Shown here one piece after another: positions 11,352 through 20,949 of a stretch of 41,326 nt of DNA. The position numbers and the translations under genes are program-made. The notes below the pieces were generated by a model, which made no database searches, was not told the DNA's origin, and saw nothing but the letters and a program-made list of their open reading frames with translations. The stretch is from positions 7,066,273 to 7,107,598 of the forward strand of contig NC_057753.1 in NCBI RefSeq assembly GCF_004010195.1, given 5' to 3'. The number at the start of each line of letters is the position of its first letter. Positions within the stretch are counted from its first letter, which is position 1. The DNA is from Chiloscyllium plagiosum. Its lineage: Eukaryota.

Positions 11352-12965
11352 CTTTCTTCAGTATTTACAAATGAGAGGGACCGAATTGTTGAAGAGGAGA
11401 GTATGAATCGGATTGGTAAGTCAGAGGAGATACTTGTTAGGAAGGAAGATCTGTTGGGCATTTTGAAAAACTTGAGGATAGACAAGTCCCCCGGGCCTGA
11501 CAGGATATATCCTAGGATTATGTGGGAAGCAAGAGAAGAAATTGCAGAACCGTTGGCAATAATCTTTTCGACTTTACTGTCAATGGGGGTGGTGCCAGGG
11601 GACTGGAGAGTGGCGAATGTTGTGCCCCTGTTCAAAAAAGGGAATAGGGATAACCCCGGGTATTACAGGCCAGTTAGTCTTACTTTGGTGGTAGGCAAAG
11701 TAATGGAAAGGGTACTGAAGGATAGGATTTATGAGTATCTGAAAAGACACTGCTTGATTAGGGACAGCCAGCACGGATTTGTGAGGGGTAGGTCTTGCCT
11801 TACAAGATTTATTGAATTCTTTGAGGAGGTGACCAAGCATGCGGATGAGGGTAGAGCAGTAGATGCAGTGTACATGGATTTTAGTAAGGCATTTGATAAG
11901 GTTCCCCATGGTGGGCTTATGCGGAAAGTCAGGAGGCATGGGATAGTGGGAAGTTTGGCCAGTTGGATAGAGAACTAGCTAACCGGCCGAAGTCAGAGAG
12001 TGGTGGTAGATGGTAAATATTCAGCCTGGAGCACAGTTACAAGTGGAGTTCCACAGGGATCAGTTCTGGGTCCTCTGCTGTTTGTAAATTTTATTAATGA
12101 CTTGGAAGAGGGAGTCGAAGGGTGGGTCAGTAAATTTGCAGACGATACGAAGGTTGGTGGAGTTGTGGATAGTGAGGAGGGCTGTTGTCAGCTGCAAAGG
12201 GACTTAGGTTTGATGCAGAGCTGGGCTGAGGAGTGGCAGATGGAGTTCAACCCTGTCAAGTGCGAGGTTGTCCATTTTGGAAGGACAAATATTAATGCGG
12301 ACTACAGATGGATCTTGGGGTCTATGTTCACAGATCTTTGAAAGTTGCCACTCAGGTGGATAGAGCTTGTAAGAAGGCCTATGGTGTATTAGCGTTCATT
12401 AGCAGAGGGGTTGAACTCAGGAGTCGTGAGGTGATGTTGCACCTGTATAGGACCTTGGTAAGGCCACATTTGGAGTACTGTGTGCAGTTCTGGTCGCCTC
12501 ATTTTAGGAAAGCTGTGGAATCTTTAGAGAGGGTGCAGAGAAGATTTACCAGGATGTTGCCTGGAATGGAGAATAGGTCGTACGAGGATAGGTTCAGAGT
12601 GCTAGGCCTTTTCTCATTGGAACGGAGAAGAATGAGGGGTGACTTGATAGAGGTTTATAAGATGATCATAGGAATAGATAGAGTAGACAGTCAGAAACTT
12701 TTTCCCCGGGCACAACAGAGTATTACAAGGGGACATAAATTTAAGGTGAAGGGTGGAAGTTATAGGGGGATGTCAGGGGTAGGTTCTTTACCCAGAGAGT
12801 GGTGGGGGCATGGAATGTGGGAGTGGCAAAGTCAGAATCAAAAGTGACCTTTAAGCGGCAATTGGATAGGTACATGGATAGGTGCTTAAGCTAGGACAAA
12901 TGTATGGCAAAACATCGTGGGCTGAAGGGCCTGTTCTGTGCTGTATTTTTCTAAGTTCTGTGTTC
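11352..12965 (+). mobile_element. Young 5'-truncated CR1 LINE (ORF2 RT)
   Basis: ORFs 11403..11978, 12000..12341 and 12308..12847 form a nearly continuous RT (KSPGPD, YRPVSL, FADDTK). The empty site is visible in the paralogous block at ~37862. Confidence 0.95.
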
Positions 12966-14262
12966 CCACCTGGCAACTGACAATATTTTCCAAAATCCCA
13001 TTGCTTTTCTGCAGATAATTTGGCGTCGATAGATATTAGGAGAAAGATTAGTTTGAGTCGGGGTGCTGTTGCAGAAGTGAAGATCTAGGCTTCTCATCAG
13101 AAAGAAAAGAGTTCGAAATTTAAAGAGCCGAGCAGAGCGCTCGATCTCACGACTCTGCGATGAAGCATTGCAATGTGTGCTGATTGAGCCAGTCAGGCAC
13201 ACGCCAGCAAGGTTTTCACTTGCTGTTTAAATATAAGATGCATAAGGAGATCAGGCAGGCGGGAATAAGGGAGAAGTAACGGACTGAGAATTATATCAGC
13301 AATGAACAATTATAAAAGTAGAGTCAATTAAGCGGATTGTGCTTCTCCCATCTATGGTATGTGGTCTTCTCGCAGCTATGGGCATTAGAGCAAAATTCAA
13401 CATTCATCTGAATAATCCCCCATCAAGACTGGGGCATTTCACATTTGGAACTGTTTTGGAGCAAATCTGAATACAAGTGAAAGGAAAGAAGAGGAAATAA
13501 TAAAAGAGTAGGTCTGTGAGAGAGTGGAAGACAGCAAAGGTGCAATAGCAAAAAGGAGGATGTCAATTGAACGAGATATAATTGGTACAAATAGAGAAAC
13601 CCAATTTCTGTAGAAGGTCACAAATTGTTAACGTAACTATAAACAGACAATAAGTTTTACGAGAAATTTATGTTCTTATGAAAGAGAAAAAATGTTTTGT
13701 AATCCTCGCAGCAAATTCAAGATGGTGGATGAGAGAAAATCGTCACTGTCAGAGCTGTTCCTATTTCCGTTTTTTTTTTCTTGTCAGTGCTTGAGTTCAT
13801 TTCCTCGATTTCTTAAAGCGATATTTACTGTTGTTGCACATTCTTTTTCGAACTTTAAAGAAAAAAAATCAAAATAACGGAACTTTAAAACGGGAGAGAA
13901 CAGGAGGTGCATTCCTTTCTGGAAAAGAAAATTCTCCTGAGATGAAAGGGACAAGTTGAAACCGTTAGAATGGAATTCAAATCAACATGTTAATTAACCA
14001 TCACTGGGAGAAAGTAGTCAAAGCATAATAAATAATGTATATCATGGAAAAGGGGAGACAACACTGCCTAATAGTTTGTTGCCATTTTACAAATGGGTAA
14101 TTAACATTGTCTGCAGAACTGAGCTAAAGGGATTGTTATCAAGAAAGTTCTGCTTTGAACAGAAAAGTATTGCGTAATGTAACTTGGAAGAAGGAAGTTA
14201 TTTCTGAGAAGGCTTGCTGATTCCAGAAGTGCAATGAATGCTGGGTTGAACTCAACAAAAGA

Positions 14263-14547
14263 TGCCTCCTGGGCTTCACAGGAGGCTCCCAAGCACTGAG
14301 GATGTCACCGAGACAGGGGACGAAACGTTTGCAACAAAAACTTCCAGCTCGGCAAACAGAACCACATCAACAAAAGAATCATTAACAATATCAGACGGTG
14401 ACATAACAAGACACAACTCCCAAGCACTGAGGATGTCACCAAGACAGGGGACGAAACGTTTGCAACAAAAACTTCCAGCTCGGCGAACACAACCACATCA
14501 ACAAAAGAATCATTAACAATATCAGACGGTGACATAACAAGACACAA
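14263..14547 (+). mobile_element. Penelope-like terminal repeat fragment with hammerhead core, plus 131-bp tandem duplication
   Basis: CTGAGGA-GTCACC-loop-GGGGAC-GAAACGTT at 14296 and 14427. Units are 14286-14416 and 14417-14547; the TSD TCAACAAAAGA is at 14252-14262 and 14367-14377. Confidence 0.8.
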
Positions 14548-15779
14548 TATCCTGCAATAATTTAACTTCATGCTTCTTCAGAAGCAGATCCTGGAAGAAC
14601 AGCACGCACAAGAATCTAACCTGAACAAGCAGACACAGGCATTTTTGAATCAACGCCAAATTGCTGTGTTAATCGCACAATGCATAAGTTGAGATGTTAG
14701 GAATTAGTTTCTGACTTGAATGGTCTTACCTTGGTTGCAAGAAGCAACAATATTTTAAGTAATTATTTCAATACCTGATTGTCTGTGAGATTTCTGAATA
14801 AACAAGTGGATTAAAGGTCGTCTCTTGTTATTAACACACAACACCAATATCTGGCATTCAAAAGGTTGTATTGCCTGCCAGTGGTCGGCATCAGGATATC
14901 ACACCTGGCTGCAGAGAAACATGAAGCAAGATGAACAGACCCATTTGTTATGCGAATTAGTCAGAAAAAGAAAGTGCTTCAGAGGAATATGAGCAGTTGG
15001 AAATAAATTCAATTTAGAAAGCAGAAACAAATATGTCATAATTTTGAGAGTACTACATAAACCACAAGGTAATTGGCAAATCACAACAAGATTAAAGCAT
15101 TAACTATGTGAGTGATAGATTGATGTGGGAAAAAAATGGTTCTACATCAGAAGTCCTGAGTTCAAGTTTACCTGGTCCAATGTTGCATTATAATACCTCC
15201 GAAAAAGGTGATGATAATTTATGTATGAAACATATGGACACAGCCAAAATAACAGGGAAGGAGAGACGTTTTCAAATTGGATGAGCTCCGAACGAACCAG
15301 AATGACACTGGTGTTCTGTCAAATCATATGGATAGTGTTGTGCATTGGATTAGAGCTAAATAATTGGGACAATTTGGCTCTGGGCGATGGTAGGCGCTTT
15401 CAATGCTTGAAAAGCTGTGAAGAAAGGTAAAGGTGTGAAGATTTAATGAAGGTTAGTAATGTTTTCAGAACAATTAATAGGGAAGAGATTTGAGAAGTTT
15501 CATGACTATAACATCAGGAACAGCAGATAAGGAGACTGGCTGTACTGTTTTCTATTCGAATCTCTGTCCTCTGATCAGGAGTCAGTTTCAGTCCAGCATG
15601 AAACCATTGTAAATATTTGGAGAAGGAAACCATCTGCGTCACTAATGTACTTTAGGGAAGTAAATTTTCTGACCTCCATTTTGAAAAATCACACAAAGCC
15701 AGATTATGCCGTAGTGTTGTATGATTTTTAACTTTGTCCACTGGAGTCCAAAACGGGCTCCTCCAAATCTCGGCTTACA

Positions 15780-15885
15780 TGTGACTCTAGAGCAGTGCAG
15801 TTGACTCTAAACTGCCCTCTTTGCAATTAAGGATGATGAATACTTATTGCTTTGGCGAGTGTTTAACCTGTGAATGAATTAAAAT
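15780..15885 (+). mobile_element. SacSINE1-like SINE 3' fragment
   Basis: gttgactctaaactgccctct...gcaattaaggatg...gtgaatgaattaaaa. Confidence 0.5.
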
Positions 15886-17407
15886 GTATGAAAATGGTCT
15901 TGTGGTGTAGATGATATTATCCTGTATAGCCATTACTGTATATAATTTCTATCCTATGAGGAAACGTAAAACGGAATTGCGATGTGATGGAACATTTCTC
16001 TTGAACTTCTGACAGTAAAATTACCTTATAACTCATCAGCAATATACGTTTCTGTGATACTTCGGCATATATTCTCACCATGAATCGACAGTATTTCAGA
16101 CCATTAGCAGACAAATGCCCACACCAAGTTCATGTTCAGTGCAGTGAGATCTCAGAAAATGAAACTATTTTAATTACCCATTTACGGATATGAGCTTCGT
16201 TATTCTTAAGAATATTTCCGTGCTCTGTAATTTGCTGCTTCTCCGTTTCTGACCTTTTGAGGACTGCAAAACTTCTCTACACAATTGATCAAACCTAATC
16301 AGATGATATTATCATTATCAAAATGATGTCTTGAATAATATTGAAAAGTTGTAGCTGTAAAAATGAGCATATGCTTCATTTTTATTTTCTGGTAAGTAAA
16401 TGCTTAATGCGAACCAAAATGTTTCTGAGAAGTCTTGTGAGACGGCTGCTCACGATTTCCCTTTTGCTCGCGAATCTGCAATCAGAGAGTCCTCCTTCTG
16501 ACCAGCAATTTAGATCCCTGCCTCACTGCTTATCAACTCAATGTCAAACGGGGTTATTGGAGAGATCAGTCCAAAAGCTCAAGAGAGGGAAATTGGGAAT
16601 GACTGAGAATTTCGAAAGTGATCACAAAATAGAACTAGACTAAAGTAATCAACTAAAGTGCAAACTAGGGACGAACGGAAGAGAGGTCATTAATTTTAAA
16701 AATATTGACGTGGAATGAGATGTTTCCACTTGAGATGTACCCGAAATTATATCAATCATTAATCAAAGGAACCTACAAAAGAACAGACGGGGAATAGTTC
16801 AAATCAGAGACTGGTGGAAGTGTTGCTTTCGTTTCCACAGAAAGTAGTTGAGGTAACTCGCGTACATGCATGAACCAGAAGCGCACTAAACAGAGGAAGA
16901 CTAAAGGGACTGAAATATATACTGGTAGTGTGGTGAAGGAGATAGGTGCTAATGATGATTATAAACACGAATCTGATTCTTTGTACTGTAAACGTTATTT
17001 CAAACAACAATGAGTGTGATTTTTCAATATCAGCTCTGATCATTTGAACTTCAATCAATGACTTCCACCAGTCTATCATGTGAAGATGCATGAAGTGGAA
17101 ACTCATAGAGCAAATGTGTCAGCTTTCAGAAACATAACTGGCGTCAGTTGTTGACTATTTCTTTCCACTTCTGAAATAAATATCATGGCACATTATAATT
17201 TCCATTGCAGAGATAACACAGAGATGGTGCCCAAGTGGGCAGTGACTTTAATATTCCGGCGTTCTCTCACCATGGATGATGGTTATCTCCCTCAGAGTCA
17301 AGATTTGGAATTGCTAACTGTTTAATGTAGGTTTGAGGGAGAGTGCTGTACTTTGGAAATCTCTGATGGAAAAGAACAATGTAAGCAGATTCTTTTTTTA
17401 TTGCCAT

Positions 17408-18309
17408 TTACTTTTTAAGGCAACTGGCCATTCTGGTATAGGGAAATAACACCAATCTTTGAACTTCCTCCCGGAATTTGTTTTGCGATACTGCATAAAT
17501 GAAGACATTGTTGCAGGAACTGACTAACTGTAACAGGTTGGTCATCTCTTGAAGAATGTACCTTGGGTCATTGAAATCCAGGCCAGTGAAGTATCCCTCA
17601 CCTGTAATTCGCACGTAGAGAAAGCGTCCAATATAGGTGACCCACAGGAGGAGAAAGCTCAATGAGATGGCAAAAAGTAAGATAATGGACTTCCTGCGGT
17701 TGGCCATCTCCTGATCTTCTCGATTTTCGGTACCCCTGAGCCGCTTGCGGGCTCTGCTTGCCGCTATGATATGTTTGACAGTAAAGATGTTGAGCAGCAG
17801 AATGAGGAGAAATGGGAGAAACGGGGTTAAGATATGGTCCATCCAGTCGTAGACCTGCCAGATCCGCAAAACATAATAACTGTCCTTGATGCCGCAGAAC
17901 CAAGGCACCCCGTCCAGAATGTACAAGGGCTCGTGAATGAAGAAGTAAGGGACATTCTTGACGCAACTCATAGCACAGATGATTCCGATGATCAGCGCTG
18001 CAGTTTTCTCAGTGCAGTATCTGGTCTTCAGACTCTGGCAACAGATGGCCACAAAACGGTCGATGGTAAAGGCCACGGTCAGCCAGACTGAAGCATCCCG
18101 AGTGGTATAAGCCAGCATACTGGTTACTGTACAGCCAGGGGTGGTGGACAAGAGGCTGTACCGAAAGTAAGTGCCACCTATTCGGTTAAGGATCACGGCA
18201 ATTACAATAACAAGGAAATCATTCACTGCTATTGCCACCAGGTAGAAGGTAATGCAACGAGAGAGTCCACACCGCCCTCGGGAAAGAACTATGATCACCA
18301 GCAAGTTGG
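17408..18309 (-). CDS. Class A (rhodopsin-like) GPCR, elasmobranch GPR139-like family, exon 2
   Basis: Uninterrupted frame with TM1(end)-TM7: ANLL, AVND, PGCT, TIDRFVAIC, WFCG, PFLPF, FLLLW, NNVFIY and helix 8 QNKFREEV. Acceptor tttcacag at 18310-18317. Confidence 0.93.
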
Positions 18310-19366
18310 CTGTGAAATATAAAGAAAGACAATAATGTTATGAACAGGCTCCATGCAATAGCAACACGTTATATACTCTGTTATTGGAACCCTCCTGAAC
18401 CATCACAAAGCTACCTCAGATTCTAAACGTTCAAGTGTCAGTGTTAGCTTTTCGATTTCCAATGCCATCGTAAGCATAATTGAATAGAGAACGCTTACTC
18501 TCATTACTTGCTACAAACCCCTCTCCACTTTTGCTATCCAAATTAACATCAGCTGGAAAAACTTTTGCTCATGCCATTGCACAAAGAAAATCCCGACCAT
18601 CCACCAACCCAATCACATCATTTAGCAGACCATATGTCCATCATTGTCTTTATTTTTATTGTGTATCTATAGCATTTTCAAACACCTCCATATCCACGCC
18701 AAGGAGTTTCCTGATTCAAAAAACATAGAAGCATTTGAAGTCATAGCATACTTGCAATGCTATGCTCTTTTTTTTCAACGGAAGACAAATGTATCCCTCA
18801 ATCTTAAAAACATGTTTATCTGTGAAAGTTCCAAACTCGTGAGGGACACTCTTCTCCGGCTACCTACTGTGTCACTCCATCGGCCCTTCTTCACTAAGGC
18901 CATTTTTATAACCTTTCCCCTTTCCATACTTTTGGGCCTGATATTATGTAGTTCGGTATGAAATGTGCTTGTTCAAGCTGCTTTGAGGTAGCAGATGACA
19001 TATATAGCATTCGTTGCAGAAATAAGCCCAGATCCACCTTCCTCAATGGTAACTGGATGTAAGCAACAAATATTGGCATTCGCAGAGCCGGATACATGCA
19101 GCCCAAAATTAAGACAAGTGTTGAAATAAAAGGTAAGTGAACAAAACGTGTCAACATGAAATTGAATGTTTAATTAATCTTGCATGTACGCCCACACATT
19201 CCCAATTGCACTACTAATTCCTGAAATCACATTAAGAGTGGAGATTATCAAGTGGGAAAATTATTTTATTGTACACATTGCATACTTCCGGTGGTTGTGC
19301 TGTGAATTGTTCTGATGTCTGAGTGAAGTGTTACATTGTAATTAATCTAATGAAATTATTACAATG

Positions 19367-19411
19367 GATATATATATATATACATATACATATACATATA
19401 CATACACACAC
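19367..19411. repeat. Compound (TA)n/(CATATA)n/(CA)n microsatellite in GPCR intron
   Basis: atatatatatatatacatatacatatacatatacatacacacac. Confidence 0.9.
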
Positions 19412-19568
19412 TTGTATATTTCAATATAGTAGCATAAATAGAAAAACAAATCACATGACTCCATGCTATTTGATTATCCCAAATAGTTGGAAACGCAAGA
19501 GAATGGAATTTAGATATTTTGACTAAAAACCTAATATATACGAAAGAATTACTGACGCTGTAAATTAC

Positions 19569-19762
19569 AAAACATCAGCAGAAGTTGCTACAAAAGCTCA
19601 GTTCACAGCGTCTGTGAACAGAAATTAAACTAAATGGTCCGGGTCCGGTCACCCTTCCTCACCGCAGTTCTGCGGAAGTGTCACTGGACTCGATGCATTA
19701 ACTTTGATTTTTCTTTACCGATGGTGCTAAACTTGATGAACATTTGCAAAAATTTTTGTTTA
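19569..19762. mobile_element. Degenerate palindromic Penelope-derived element in GPCR intron
   Basis: The left arm ...gtccggtcacccttcctca is roughly the reverse complement of the right arm ctgcggaagtgtcactggac...; the outer arms also pair loosely. Confidence 0.6.
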
Positions 19763-19923
19763 TCTTTCTAATGTATCTGAATTGCGGTAAGGTACTTTAC
19801 CCTCAGACTGTGCTGAAGTTTAGGGAAATAACGCTGAAAAAAGAAGAAACGTTTCTCGACAGTAACAACTACAAACTAAAAATTACAAATGAATTAGTCA
19901 ATCACTTATAATTTTTCACTTAC

Positions 19924-19993
19924 CAGGGACACCTAGGACACCGAGAATACAGTAGCAAATGGCAAATACTGGACTATTGGCTGCACCATGCAT
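19924..19993 (-). CDS. GPR139-like GPCR, exon 1
   Basis: ATG at 19993 encodes MHGAANSPVFAICYCILGVLGVP plus G, with donor G|GTAAGT at 19923. The phase-1 join to exon 2 gives GVPANLL; total 972 nt, 323 aa. Confidence 0.9.
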
Positions 19994-20804
19994 TGTCTTT
20001 TCGGCTATAACGGAATTCCAGAGACTGTACACTTTCATTTGCGACACATTCGCTTAATCCTCTTTTACGCTGTGTGAGAGTGTCAAGGGAGACAACCAAA
20101 TTACAACATGCATCTCCATTATGATTCAGTGAACAAACACATTACCTCACTATTTCAATTTAGAACATTGGGAAGATGATTGGTGGGTAACCATTGGGTG
20201 TAAATTCTGCTGCTGCCATCTCCTGACAAGCCATGTGGATTTCTCTCCATTAAATGTGGCTCCTAATTGTGGACATAGTCTCGTGTAGAATCCAAAATTG
20301 TTTCACGATGTCTGACACTTTTGGAAAAGATATTGTGCATTTTGACAGTTTTTTTCTAGACATTTCCTGCAGTAACAAGTATTTTACTCTTCACTGTTTT
20401 GCTGTTACCTAAAAGTTTAAATTGATTAACAGCGCAGTTTCAAATTCGTGTCAGCCTATAGAAAATATTATCTCAAATGTAGTTTTCAGTGTGGATTTTT
20501 TGACCATGTGGAAAATGCTGAACTTTTCAATTATCCTACCACATCACAAATGAAAGAAAGGCTTCCAAGCGTGCCTGTGTGGGCACAGAATTTCAGGCAC
20601 ATTCATAGTCGACAAAATATGTGGTGTGAAATAAAACAATTGTTCTTCTACTGCATTAATAATTGGAACGTGTTTTTTAATTTGAATGAGGAATACTGAC
20701 AAATGAATAACGTTCGATGTAATATAGCTTAACTCAACATTAATAGCAATAAGCAAATGCAATTTATAAAACCCATTGCCCTGTGCAGTTAATATAAGCC
20801 CTTA

Positions 20805-20895
20805 CTGATGAAGGGCTTTTGTCTGAAATGTCGATTTTCCTGCTCCTCGGTTGTTGATTGATCTGCTGTGTTTTTCCAGCACCACGCTCTCGACA
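20805..20895 (+). mobile_element. Penelope-like terminal repeat fragment with hammerhead core
   Basis: CTGATGAAGGGCTTTTGTCTGAAATGTC followed by the family tail ...tttttccagcaccacgctctcgac. Confidence 0.75.
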
Positions 20896-20949
20896 GTTAT
20901 TCGAAGGGTTTGTGAAACAAACAGAAATTTTGAATGCACTCAATAAACT

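Larger units (their letters stand above)
13015..16501 (+). pseudogene. Decayed multi-exon gene, probable single-pass membrane protein (copy 1)
   Basis: Acceptor ttgcttttctgcag at 13014, then a large purine-rich exon and an exon with a hydrophobic stretch ending AAG|GTAAAG at 15426. A 128-nt phase 2->1 exon lies at 16016-16143, and the terminal exon ...ARESAIRESSF* ends at 16501. Differences from copy 2 are enriched at third codon positions. Confidence 0.6.
11270..16731 (+). repeat. Segmental duplication copy 1 (paralogous to 37785-41168)
   Basis: Collinear matches: 11290-11350 vs 37801-37861; caactgacaatattttccaaa at ~12974 vs ~37871; ttagaatggaattcaaa at ~13965 vs ~38758; gacgtggaatgagatgtttccactt at ~16707 vs ~41144. 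Confidence 0.92.

Noticed and set aside
12951..13202. Minus-strand ORF open in both duplication copies (also 37818..38033)
   Set aside because: Differences are mostly non-synonymous in this frame; the plus-strand frame after the 13014 acceptor explains the conservation better.
14286..14547. CRISPR-like or satellite array
   Set aside because: Only two 131-bp units, no unique spacers, and a eukaryotic Penelope origin.
17598..18091. Alternative-frame and antisense ORFs over the GPCR
   Set aside because: These are shadow ORFs of the coding exon.
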